From Botryllus schlosseri (taxonomy: Eukaryota), in contig CM119371.1 of the NCBI GenBank assembly GCA_051294905.1, positions 21,888,001 to 21,952,000 on the forward strand: a DNA stretch of 64,000 nt, read 5' to 3'. This document shows positions 46,055 to 59,246 of this stretch, in pieces (within the stretch, counting starts at the first letter, position 1; each line of letters opens with the position of its first letter). Below the pieces are notes generated by a model. The model was not told where the DNA came from. It did not search any database and was given only the letters and a program-made list of their open reading frames with translations. The position numbers were made by a program, and so were the translations under genes.

Positions 46055-48760
46055 CTATAGGGCCACGGGTCAGTATCAGTCACAATATAGCATTTAACAA
46101 TAATATATGACATTTAAAGTCGCAATATTATCAGGGTTATTGCCATTGTTGGATCCTGTAGGTACCCAATTAGAATCATCTAAGGTTCATAAACTACGTT
46201 TCTGTCAGGCGACTCCGTGCCCACCCCCTTCAGATGCTTTCCCGCCCCCAGTTTGAGAACCACTGGCATAATCCTTGAATTAAATCAACCGTTAGTGTAT
46301 TTCCAAGGTTTTATACACATTTTCCGTTCATTTATCAATCGCACATATCAAAAATACCAACTAGCCTTCTATGAACTACTGGCTTTTCAAAATTGAGAAA
46401 ATGGCAGCAAACTACCGACTTGAAAAACCCGCAACTAAAACAACTAATGACCTTTGAATATCCATATCTAACCAACTAAAGCAAAACTAGCTACATTCAA
46501 TTCCAAAGCAACTATAGTAATCGTACCATAACTTATTTCATTTTAACTGAAATTGATCAGCTTTAAACATGAGTATCATCAGTGCAAGTAAGCCTACACC
46601 TAGCCTAACATGCATATCCAAAGCCAAAACTTCAGCACATGTATTTGAACACATTTGCAGTTATTAGTATGCCTTGACAATTTGCACATGATCTAAACTA
46701 GAAAAGCTGCTTCCTGGACCCAGTAATCTGGATGAAGCATATCAAATCTCCAGTCTAGCATTAGCTGCTTATAGTGCTGACTCACTAATAGGCAACTGTA
46801 TGCTGTGTCGTCACACTATTTACCAATCTGGATTTTATCGTGTTCATGGGGAGCATTGATCGCCAATGGCCATCAATATTAAAGTTTCCTGGGAATCACG
46901 ATGGCTGATAATGTGAAACACGACACATTTTCACTTGTATATGGGAATCACTGATTTGTGATGGTCGTGGGAGGACTTCCAGAATTGGATTAGAAATGTA
47001 GTGCTGTTTTGAAGTAATGGAATTAAAATAACTGAACTAATCTGCTTGGCTGAGGTTGCTGATAAGTCATGAATAATGATCAACGGGGTGAACCGAAACC
47101 AGCCTACATTAGTGCTGCACTAATAACAACACCGATCAAGATACTCATAATAGGCTATCATTAGAAACAAGACATATAGCTAGACTATTCGAAGATACAG
47201 CACTCATGAACAGGGTGTAGCGAAAAATCAAACAATTGCAATTTGCATCTCAATCAAATAGCTAGGATTGCTGGACAATGAAAGAGGCATGTTTAGTTAG
47301 CAGACAAACTAAAGTATCATGAAATTCAGGTGATGTTCGAATGCACAGTTTAACTTAACCCTCTGGCTATATTGCCTGGGTACCCAAACTGTCACTATCA
47401 GAGTTGGCCATTAAAATATATTCAGATCCACTCATATTTAGACACCACCACATACCAAGGAAAACCGACAAAAATGCTTGGAAACGGAATCAGTAAAATG
47501 ATCAGACGGAGGGTCGCAATTCTTATCGTTAGGTTATGATACAATACACAGTACGGTACTTTGTTCGTTTCAACTCAGGATGAGTATTTATGGTGAAACA
47601 AAGTCGATTCATCCATTAACAGTCGACAATGAACTCATTCAACGCCATGCCTGCATAATAATCGCTTTTACTTTGGTACAATTACGTCCATCTTGTAGAA
47701 CAGAATGGTACAGAAAAGTTTTCTACCCAGCTAAGATCTTTTTGCTTCAATTTCCTACTGTTTTGTGGAGTAGGGTATTTTTATCAGGTGAAAATAGCCT
47801 TTCTTTCCTATTAGATTTACGGTAGCTTTTGATTTTAACCATACTATGAATGTTTTACAGAGTAATGTAGTAAACAATTGATAGAAATTCTTAAAACATT
47901 AGGCTATTGAAATACAATAATGGTACATTAAAACAAACCTGACAAGTAGGCTATAACTCTTGTACGTTTCAGGCAATCAGTGCCAATTACTGCAGTACTG
48001 TGCAGCTGCAATTCAATTCATTAACTACATAATAAAACAGTATTTTCAATGCACTTTCTGTCGTATGTAATTACACTACAATATATTGAAGTCGGAGGAT
48101 CAATACTTGATCTATAGGCCTACATGTGCTTGTGCATATAAAATACAGTTACCGGTGGGCTACAACATGAGAACATTATTGGTACGGTATGATACTAACA
48201 TTTAAGACAATTCCTAGAATTTTCATATGAACATGACTCTTGGCGACATCGCTATCAATATTCATCAATAAAGCTCCACAGCATCCTGATCACGCCAACC
48301 CCGCTCTCATTTTAGCAGTGAAAGAGTCACTCAATACTCAGCCATTACCGTAAGTAAACCATAGTAATTTCATTACTGTGGAATCAAAGTAGTTCATATC
48401 CATTTCACACATTTCAAGAAAATTAACTTTACATAAAATTATCATTTTTTTTCGGCCATATAGTTTGATCACGATCAACTTTGTGGCAATGAGATTAATT
48501 TAAACATGACCAAGATATGACCAAAACAAAATTGGAAATATTACAAGAACTTGATTTCCTATCACTTTAAAAAATGGATCTCAAAATTTCAAAACTGGAC
48601 ATTAGCTACTTTGATTCCACCACGACTTTACAAGTTATATGCTACGGCTATGACTGTGAAATACATCAACAATGGCAAACCGAGGCGCGCTCAGTTGACG
48701 ATATTATGATAAACCGGATTTAGCAATTAATTTTGGAACGTTAAAAATGATTAGCTAGAG

Positions 48761-49847
48761 CAGTGGTTCTCAACCTTTGCGACCGCCACGGACCTTTTAG
48801 AATTTAGCTCAATTACCGTGCAATCGTTATTTGTCTTGTGTAAATATCAACTGCAGGCTAGCGACAAACACTAACAAAATTACTTTTATTGATAATAACA
48901 TCATAGTATTTAGGCTATGTAGAAATTAGGTCTACATTTTATATTTCAAAATGAATCCCGAAACTGCATTTCTTCAAATACGCGGTCATGATGTTGTTGT
49001 TATTCTGTGAGGTATTAATGGTGTTTGTCTACTACAATGGTTGTATACACCAGGCCAATATTCCTTATTTTTGATTCTGTAACAGCCCAATTGTAGAACG
49101 GCCTACTTCTAGGCTTTTGTAAGACAGCGCAGATGAGATGGTGAGGGGGAGCCTACATAAACCTGCAACACTTGGGTTGCAATTCTGGAGTCAACCTCGG
49201 TCGGACTCGAATCCACAACCCATTAGTGTTGTAGCTGTGGATTATACCACTACGCTATCTCGGCACTGCATTGGCGTGTCTTGAATATCCGCTCCTTCGG
49301 TTTAATATGAACGAGTTCCTTAAATCCATTCCCACAAAGACAGGTGGTGGTGAATTTGATAATAACGTGTAGCGCTTGTGACGACACATTTGAGTATCAC
49401 CGCGACAAATATGGCACCAAAACTGAGAAACAGATTTTTTAATGAACATATAACGTCCAGCCTGGTCGTTTTTATCTAGCAACTCATCTTGAATTTAATA
49501 TGGAATAATGGTTGTGTATATCACAGAATAAAATGGATTTCTGCGAACATTTCGAAGTCATCGTGATTGACCTTCACCTTACTACTACAACTTCTTATTT
49601 TTCCATAATCCTTAAAAAAACATCGCTAAACAGCAACATGTTTGTATCAGTAGGCAATTTAACAATTAAAATGAGTTTCCACATTAGTATATTTCATCTC
49701 AGACGGCCAGTCTGTTCATGTGAGTCCTGAGTTTTCCCAGTATAAGAGAAACTGCCTCGTGAATTTCCTATCTTAAATAATACAAATTAGGTTATCAACC
49801 CTGTTGTGAATTTAGAGGTCTCGCGGGCCCCCGGTAGAGAACCACTG
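48761..49847 (+). mobile_element. Family K element, second copy
   Basis: TIRs cagtggttctc / gagaaccactg; TSD agctagag / agctagat; internal similarity to 38769-40241. Confidence 0.85.
48990..49264 (-). mobile_element. tRNA-derived SINE
   Basis: The minus strand starts GCCGAGATAGCGTAGTGG (A box), has GGATTCGAGTCC (B box-like) and ends in an (AAC)n tail. It is absent from the paralogous family K copy. Confidence 0.75.
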
Positions 49848-50262
49848 AGCTAGATGAACATAATGACGTAACGCGTCAACGAAGAACAACTACCATATGA
49901 TCAGGACTGAATACAAGAAAACACATTGCTCTATCAAGTATGCCGGACCCCAATTGTGGAACAGCATCTCGCCGGCTATCCTACAGTCGCCGAGCATGTC
50001 CGCATACAAGTCATTTCTTCTAAATCAATACTAGCCAGTCTTCAGAATAACCGGACCACGACCTAACATCGACCTCGCCCTCCGCCACATGCCACTTCAT
50101 TTTGTCGCTTGCGTCTTATATTCTCTGCATTACTTTTCATTCAGTGTGCATGCCTCTTTTTTAGGCTACTTCGCCTAGGCTAAGGTGGGTGTCTGATCTT
50201 AATAGCTACTCCAAGTTGTTTCGACACCTTCCTATCTTTTCATTGTATCGCAGTCTTGTGAT

Positions 50263-51415
50263 CAGTGTTGCCACTCTAGGTGTCTGGAAAAACACAAGAT
50301 TGTGTCGTGAAAAAACACTAGATTGGCGAAAAAACACTAGATTGGTGAATTGCAGGAAAAATTTGCCGTTGCCAAGTAATCATGATGAACAAGGTACAAA
50401 TCCATAGACTATCAGTGTTCCACACATGAATTCGATACATATGTATGATATACTGCATGATTATTCAACGAAAATTAATGAAACGAATTGATATACTGCA
50501 TGATTATTCAACGAAAATTAATGAAACGAATTCAACAGAGTAAGAAAAAATCAAATATTGGCGCTTTCGAATTGTACGGCATCATAAAAATTATCTTTCG
50601 ATTGTACACTATCGATCAAACATAATATCTTTTGTGTGGCATCTTGCTCTCTACCGTAGGCCTACATCTTCAACCAAACAATGGGGAGGTGTCCATGTGC
50701 ATTGTGCAGCATACTTCATTTCCATGCATGCAGCGGAATGTGGCAATGCCAAGAGATTCGTCATGAGCTTCCCCGGTAAAGGGAATTTCGATTCACCGAA
50801 TCCATTGGGCACATATATCAATTTTTGCAAAAGTTCTGTTCGAGGGCATTGACTGATAACCTGCAGCTCATAATGTGAATTTGCAAAAGCAGCCCCTATT
50901 TCCGACAAATCATTAAGTTCATTAAATAACATCACAGAGGGAATGGCACAGCTAGAGGAACGATTGATTTTATTTTTCTTTGTGTTGGCAAGGCTGTTTA
51001 CGGATTCAATACACTCAAGTACGAAAGTATGCTGTCCTCGGCAAATGAAAATCTTTCCCGAATCTGCAGAGTTAGTTCAACAAGAAACAACAGAGCACTA
51101 TAGCGAAATCGCTCATTTTTTCCGAGACTTTCGCTCAGAAGTACGGATTTACAGCGCACCCTGTTACGTAATGATTACTTGTTACTGCACCACCACATAG
51201 AATTGTTGAAAACAAACATAGCCAGAGGCACCAAATCGCCTTATTAGCGATAAATTTAGGGTATAATTTAGTAGTGTAATGTTAAAGTATTCCTTGTTCG
51301 CACAATTGCAGAAAAACACTAGATTAGCAAAATTGTGCGAAAAAAAACACTAGAACACTAGGACGACCGAAAAAACACTAGATCTAGTGTTAAAACACTA
51401 GGAGTGGCACCACTG
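50263..51415 (-). mobile_element. Internally deleted hAT transposon (1,153 bp) with transposase remnants
   Basis: TIRs CAGTG(T/G)TGCCACTC; perfect TSD CTTGTGAT; AAAACACTAG subterminal repeats. Minus-strand fragments read FLVELTLQIRERFSF..LSVLNP and KFPLPGKLMTNLLALPHSAA. Confidence 0.88.
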
Positions 51416-51942
51416 CTTGTGATGTTTTGAAACGATGAAAATATTAATAAACCTGATTGATTGATTGATCAAACTCACACCCAGTTGATGCTCAAAAAGC
51501 CCAAGCTCTCGGTGGAAAATCCCAAAAACGGGATCTCTGCTTCTATCGCGATCCTGGGTTCTTGCGCCCTCTACTGGCTATGTAATTTAACCAAACGAGC
51601 CGAAAGTAGCCATTAGCCAAGCTGTTCAAATAAAAATTTATTTTCCTAATCATGCTTGCTAGGTGATTAAATCGTCAGGTTGCCTAAAACGACGATGCAC
51701 TAGATATGCTTCTAGATATTGACTATCACTTGAGAAATATATTTACGCGTGTTTTACCTGCTTGTCAGTCTATTCCGTTTTCGTGGTCGTTAATTTTAGG
51801 ATGAATAGTACTTCAGTTGCGAGTTATATCACCATCCTTTGAACGTGGCTATTTCAATGAAGTCGACTAATTTCCAGCTAATCCGTGTCATATCTTTAGT
51901 TTCGGTAACTGCCGATTTCTTTATCCAAACTCTACCATAAGC

Positions 51943-52292
51943 TAGGGTTACCACACGTCCTATTTCAAGAGGATTGGTCCTCTTTTTTGACTTTTTTGCA
52001 AGTGTCCTCGGAGGACGCCCTTTTGGCCTCTTTTTTGAGATTTTGTCATCTTTTTTGAAATGTTGGTCATGTCTATAGCAAAATTCAACTGACATGCCGT
52101 AAATCAGAACCGGAGATCGAGGCGCTCCGGCGGGTATTTAGGGAGCTGAGTGAAAAGTTGACCTTTTTTTTAGTCAACCGACCACAATGTGGGAAAAATT
52201 TACCATTTTTTGACAATTCTCCTCCGATTTTGCAAGTTTGTAAATTCTGGAAAAGTGTCCTCTTTTCAGATTTCCAAAATATGGTAACCCTA
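51943..52292. mobile_element. hAT-type MITE (350 bp)
   Basis: TIRs TAGGGTTACCA; TSD ccataagc / ccataggc; partial inverted copy at ~40280-40614. Confidence 0.85.
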
Positions 52293-52353
52293 CCATAGGC
52301 CCTCTGTCAAGATGGAGACTGGCCGGAGTGACGAAATTTACCTCCGTAAATAC

Positions 52354-54711
52354 CAGTGGCGGCTCGTGACAATATCGGGTGGTGGGGCAAGGGCTGCGAG
52401 CGACTTTTATCAACATGACGTCACAATGGCGTTTTCCAACGCAAAAAAGTAACTTTATGATGGTCACATGAATTTCCCGACAACAGTGATTTTAACGTAG
52501 GTACCGCGAGAGGTTTGCCGTTGAGCCGTGACTTGAAGTGTGGTAACAAATGTTTTATTCATTTATTTTTAATCAAAGGATTATTTTACAAAATGTACGT
52601 GAACTAAGAATCGTCCCTATGCCACGAATCAAGTATCAGGTCATCCTTAGTAGCATGCGTTTTGATTTCATGGTAGAGTTATAGATTACGCAAATCGATA
52701 GACCCTAAAATCCGACCGTCACCCCAAATTTGAAATCCGGATCCAGTCCGGCCAGGTAAAAAAACATTGAAATCCTGCTCCGGCTCCTGAACCGGACTGT
52801 GGCCATCTCTGTTTACGACCAGGTGATAATAGGCAACCAAAGCGGAGGCACCCGGCGTACGATTGGATCAATAGACTGGACAACTTCTAGACCTCTCATT
52901 TTCGCTCTAAAGGCAGCTGCGTAAACTACGTACGGAATAAAGATTCAATACGATTCATGTTCGCACTTGACTTGACCTGACTAATTCCAATGACTAGAAC
53001 TCGAGAGATTGCGTAAGCCTAACTGGAAAGGTCAACGAGTTCGGACACATACGCGATTGTTATCTCATAGATTGGGCCTGTCATATTGAATCCAGAACAT
53101 CAATTTGAATGGTCTTTGAAGAACTAAGGACAGCAGCCTCGGAACTTCGGTCTCGGAACAACGTAGGACATTTTGGCCTTGAAACTGGAGACTGTGACAC
53201 AACACATACGGCTTACTGTCTATAAGTCTGCTGCGAAATCGCCGTTGGAAAATATATTAATATATAAATACATGAATAAAAGCGGTAACTTAGTATACTG
53301 TTACAAGAAATCATCGACAAGTAGCATACGCAATCTCATAACCCATTCCGGTATGGTACACTGTCAAAATCAATGCAAACAGACGAACACCGAACTTTCA
53401 GTAAAATAGATCGAGGAATAGGCTGATCGAATGATCAGCTGTTAGCCGACATCGAAAATGAAATAGCTATCGCAATTGACAGGGGATTGTAAGCAAATGG
53501 TTTGAAGGCCACAATTTCACAGTGAAATGGACATTGGCGAACATAAAATTATGTGAATATTTGAATGCAAACCGAGAATCTTGGTTAGCTGTTTCATGCG
53601 ATCATCATGGAAATATCATCACCGATCTCGTTATGGAACGCAGACTATAGATTAGCACAGACCGACACCGGCTTTTGCGTGAGATCCGCAATGACTAGGT
53701 AGGCTAAGTATCAGATCAGCGCGCATCTCTACCATACTCGACCTCGAAAACGAAATAACTGCCTCAATCATTGAGTGTCAACTTTAAGACTTGGCACCGC
53801 GTTCGATACTAAAATCAAGACATACCGTGTGAAAGCTCATGACAGATCTAGGTATGGAACATCGTTAAAATCAATAGAGACCAATAACGGCTTTCGCGTA
53901 AATTTGTTGGCGATAAATGAAGAGTCAGCTCTTACTCGACTTTGGAAACGAAATTACCACCCACATAGTTCAGTGACAAACTTAAAACTTGTTACAGCGG
54001 TCGATACTAACACTTACCGTGCCAAATGTCATGACCGATCTCGGTATAGAACATCGTCAAAATCAATGGAGACCAATACCGGCTTTTGAGTAAAATCTGT
54101 TTGCTGTACTATGTACAATGATAGATCAGCACACACTGAACTTCGGAAACGGAATTACTACCATTATCTTTAAGTAGCAAGCCTGAAACTTATAGCAGTG
54201 TTAAATACTACCTTCACGACATATCATACCAAGTTTCAAGAATTATCATGGTGCGAAACACCGTCAAAATCGACCTATACCAGCAAAGGTCGACTCAACG
54301 CATATTACGGTTACCGAGTTCAGATATAGATACGATTGTTACATCACACCTTAAGGGCGAGTAGGCATATTTGCCCCGGTTGCTCGGCCATTTTACGAAT
54401 AGGAGAGAGTAAATCACCGTTTCTTTATTGTGCGCGGCTTTGAGAGAATAGATAGTGAAAGCTTGTTATGAGCGCTACCGGGGCAAGCCCCGGCTAGGCA
54501 TTCACAAAGCGAAAACACAGAAGAGAATTCGATTTTCGCAGAGACTTCGCTATGTATGGGCGTTTGCAAGCGAAAGCACAAGAAGAACGCGGGTTTCGCT
54601 GTGATCTCGGTATATATTGATCGCTGTGCGTCTATAAATGGTTAAATTGTTATTGAACAGAATTTTAGGTGGGGCAATGCCCCAGTTGCCCTATAGGACG
54701 AGCCGCCACTG
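52354..54711. mobile_element. hAT-type non-autonomous element (2,358 bp)
   Basis: TIRs CAGTGGCGGCTCGT / ACGAGCCGCCACTG; perfect TSD GTAAATAC (52346-52353 / 54712-54719). Confidence 0.92.
53600..54300. repeat. Diverged tandem repeat, ~200-bp unit, about 3.5 copies
   Basis: The motif cat(g/c)ac(c/a)gatct.g.tat.gaac....aaaatca...gacc recurs at 53617, 53838, 54030 and (weakly) 54237. Confidence 0.7.
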
Positions 54712-56242
54712 GTAAATACTATTATTTAAAAAATGGCCGAAATTTCAACTTGGCAGACATCGGTATCTACGGGTTGGAATTGAGTCAAATTTGGCGTGCA
54801 TCGTTGTTTTAGTCAACCTGACGATTTAATCACCTATAGCAAGCAAGATTTGAAAAAAGGTTTTTTTCGAACAGCTCTGTGAACAGGGAACTGCGTTTGC
54901 GCCAGTGTAACCACGTCCAAAAGTTCTGAGTCACTAGTCAATCTCACACGTTTATAGTTTTGGCTCTAGTCAGATCGGGTCATTTTCTATTCACCCCCAG
55001 TCTGACTGCAAGTCAGTATAGGACCGAGTACTGAGTAGTTTCAAATCCAGCTCAACCCACTTTTTCAACCCTGCTCGAGTGTTATAGACTGGCTCGCATT
55101 CATAATATCGTGAATTTCGTCAGGTCTAACATTCCTGGCCCTGGAATTTTGAAATTTTTAGGGGGGAATCTGGCTTTAGGGTTGTATCGGAAGATATACT
55201 AGGTTCACAAGGTTTTAGATTTTTATGGTAGAACTGTTAAGTATGAAACCGCAGTTCTTTACAATTGTATGTCACTTTGGTGGATTTTAAGCTAGGTTTA
55301 TGTTTCAATGCCTTCTGTAGATATTACACCCCCTAATACAGTAAGGCTCGCGAGACGATTTCGGTGGGCCCGCGACAGCCTCTCGATCAAATTCTGTCTC
55401 TCTCTCTTATCGATTCAACTCCAAGGTCATCGCAAGCGGACTTGGTGATTTATTTTTCGTCAGTGGCTACCCGACCGGTAAAAAAACAGGTCAAATTTAG
55501 CTGTAGGCCTTTTATCAAAGTGTAGTGGTGTCCGCATTCAACTTAGTTCGGACGTCGGACGTATCTGAATATGTTTGGCCATATATTGCTCAGTGAACAA
55601 ATGGTTGTGCGTTAAAGAGCACCTTTTTTATTCTCAGACGACTTTTTCATAGGGTGGAGGCCACGGGGTCCACGAGACGAAAAAGATTGCGAACCTCAGG
55701 TCTAATGTATATCCCAGCAAACACGAAACAGCCCATTGAGGTTAAAAAACCGTTTTTATTTGGTTCATATTAAAGACTGGTAGGTTAGTTTTAAGTGGGT
55801 TTTTGTGTCGACGCGTTTTAACGCGTTCTTCACGCAAATCGGGATAGTTAATAAAACGTAGATAAAACTCTGTATCTACAATGCTTTAGAACGTACAATC
55901 GATGGCCAAAAAACATCCGGACATACTAACATCACTATATTCCCATATTTAGACATACCTGAGGGTGGCTGCGGACACATACACGCGTATCACACTATAC
56001 ATTGCATTTGATGAACTTATAATTCATATAGAAAATAGTGTCAGAGAAACTCAGAACGAAACGAAAGAAACGAATGAAAAAATAATCAAGATCCAAATGC
56101 CAACTGAGTGTCATATTCATCTTCTGACGACGAGGACAAGAAGCTGCATTCTGCCTTTTTCCCCATAAAACCCTACAGAGAAAGAACAACATTGAATGTT
56201 AAAGACATGCTCGATCCTGTTTAGTTAGTTCTTAGTACTACG

Positions 56243-59200
56243 CAGTGTTGGGATGACTCGACTCTTGACTTGACTCGAGTCTGACTCAAGTCAACTCTTT
56301 CGTATGACTCGACTTGACTCGAGTCTCTTTGCAAAAATGACTTGACTCGACTCGGCGCTCCAGATATGTGGATTGACTCGTGACTCGGAGCAAAATTTAC
56401 GAGTCAATTTCAAGTAATCAAGTAAACGGTGACAATTAAATAATCCTATATCTTATGTACGTTCGGATGTTTTGCTTTATGCCGGTGTCACTTGCCAGAG
56501 CAAACAGCCATTCACTGATCGCACCTTTCACTGATCCTCCGTTCTTACATCAGAATTTAATTGACCCAACGAAACGGTCACAGCATATGCTTGCGTTGTC
56601 GTCGTAGTAGTAGTTTATTCTGTTAGCAAGGTATCTTTGTTTCTCAGACAGCACAGTGCTTAAATTGCGCGGTGCTATCTTTTACCAACCCTCTTGTATA
56701 ATTTAAGTCGAACGAATATAGTTTATGCGTCTCTATTCTCACGGATGGGTAGTACCATATCAATTTATTGCAACTTCTCGAGGCTTCGTATTCGATCCTC
56801 TATTTACCCAGCAAATTGGAATGACTTTATTATCTGTACCCTAAGACTGGGTACACTGTGAATCCGGCACTAACCCAGGGCCGGAAAAATGTGGCTCGCG
56901 AGAAGGTTTTCAGTGGCCCGCGAGGCAATTCTCGAAATTAGTTATAATATCAACAACAAATAAATTACCCAGGTAATTTATCGTTAACTTGCAAGACCAA
57001 CCGAAAATTTGATTAGCCTCACCGTGGACTTTAGGCTGTTGATGACTAAAATATCAGTTCCGACGTATTGTCGTAGCCAGGAACACATTTCGTAGATCTT
57101 CGTATATTACCATAAATTAGAATATCTCGTAAGAGATTTATTTGTCTTGATGTTTTTTAGCGCTGCGCTCGATTTATTGCCAGTCGATTTTTTGCTTTTA
57201 GTATTGGTGCCTCCTCCTGAAACGTCTAATTTACGGAATTGATATTAGCTATATTGGCAATTATGCGAGAACATGTCGTCCGACATCCGACTTCGCGTCT
57301 GCACTCGCGAAGAGATCGTTGGCGATGAAACCTTTGCACAAAGTGATAGACGCGCTTTCACTGAACTCTTCGATATTGATATGTCCAAGTGTTGATTAAT
57401 CATGTCCTGGCCAAATGAGCCCAGTGGTATGCAGCGACGGCCCACAATATATGCAACTAACATTATTTCATTGACCGAATTGTTTCATGGGTAATTTATT
57501 TGTTTATAATTTCGAGAATGGCCTCGCGGGCCACGCAAAGCCGGCGGGCCTGCCGTACTTGAATGAATACCAGTCAAGCCTAAGAACTGTAACATCTCTG
57601 TAGTCCATGGACCATGTCAAGTATGCATATGGATATCATACCTTCCATTGACATTCGCCTTTCTGATGAGGGAAGTGGCGCAGCGCCTCCATGACAACAT
57701 GAATGTAAGATTTTTCGGTCAAAGCCTCATCACCATTAGGGTTGTCCAAAATTTGGAAAATCTCAAAAAGTCTCCGTGATTGTGTCTCATTCTATAGATT
57801 ATTGATAAAAAACAACAATTAGCCTGAAAGAAGCTTACAGGAAAGCCGTTAAGATTTCGGTCAACGCGTTTGAAAGTAGCTGCTAAAGAATGGGCGTGCC
57901 ACTGACCATAGAACGGCGAGAAGACTAGTAATCAAATAACCACGGCTCTTGATTAGCTAATCGGCTATGCTTCAATGACCACGGCACCAGCAGCTTGCTG
58001 ACCAGGTGTTCAAGAAGTCTGCTACCGGCGGGGATTCTGAGTGCGCATTGTTAGTAGTTTAGCAGGTGATGATTTAACATTAATTCAGGTCACGTTGAGG
58101 TACGAAATACATGATGAACAAACAGCACCTGCTTCACAGAAGCTTTTACAGCATGACTGCTTCATTGTGAAGGAAACGGCTGAAGCCTACATGTCGTGTT
58201 TTCATCGAGAGAAAGCACAGGCGCTTATGCAAGTGTTGAGCGAATTCATTAATTAGAATTATAGCTACAGTTTGTATACAAATTATATTAAAATGACTAA
58301 ATTCGAGAAAACTTGGAAATCGCATCAAGTTCCAAATCATGGTCCATTCTTATTATGGACATGAGAATAGCAAATGTCTGTGCCGTACAGCAAGCTTGGC
58401 TTGTTTCACACAATAGGCCTACAGTAGCCTTTACAGGAAAACCAGGAATTGGATTAGAAGTAAAACAAAAATGCATCATCATGCATCCAAGCCTCTTGCT
58501 TTGAGTCTGGAGTTTTAACTAGGATTGCAGAAAAATTGTGAAAAGACTGCTAACGTTACGTCACTGCTATTTCAATGCAATGTGCCGTGTAACTTTCCAG
58601 TTGACCGAACAGTAGCTATAGATAGAGGTATTGATAACTAATCTACGATAGATGTGCAACACGTGTCTGACGGTTGACTGCTGAAATTGATGTCAGTTTC
58701 AAATTATTGTGTTTTTTTTTCAAAATAAGCTATTCGCCTGTGCCCATTGCCCAACAACACTATTCCGCACTAGCAGAAACGGCTTCATCGTTGTACTAAC
58801 GCATGGTGTATCATATCTGTTTGTAAAAGGGTAATGTATTGCATCTTATCAATTTATTTCTCTATTCTCTATTTTGGCTGGTAAAGTTACCAGTTCTAGA
58901 AGTTCTATAAACTGAGGCTGTGCAATTACTTACGCAGTTTAACAGTTCTGCGTATATGTGAGCGATACAGCGTCTTCTTGCGTGTATATTTAACTCTATA
59001 TTCGTTCATTGGCTCAGAGTCCATTACCACTCAATCTGTATTTCAGACAGCTAGCAAAATGCAATGACATAATCACGCCTCATACGTCGAAAAGGCAACT
59101 TGACTTGAATTTTGACTCAACTCGAGTCACATACAAAAATCGAGTGACTTGACTTGACTCGAGTCACCTTCGAAAATCGATTGACCTGACTTGACTCGAG

Positions 59201-59246
59201 TCAAAATATACAGTGACGTGGAGGTAGTGACTTGATCCCAACACTG
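56243..59246. mobile_element. DNA transposon (3.0 kb) with GACTCGAGTC subterminal arrays
   Basis: TIRs CAGTGTTGGGAT / ATCCCAACACTG; 5-bp flanking direct repeat CTACG. Confidence 0.85.
56876..57552. mobile_element. Charlie-like MITE nested in the 3.0-kb element
   Basis: Inverted arms gtggcccgcgaggcaattctcgaaatta / taatttcgagaatggcctcgcgggccac. Confidence 0.65.

Noticed and set aside
49190..49264. Functional tRNA gene
   Set aside because: A/B boxes are present but there is no convincing cloverleaf or acceptor stem, and it continues into a body and AAC tail, i.e. a SINE head.
57560..58260. Possible highly decayed transposase inside the 3.0-kb element (WT..SYLPLTF, HDNMN, CVS..RLL fragments)
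   Set aside because: The motifs are too short and frame-broken to support by eye; a translated HMM search is needed.
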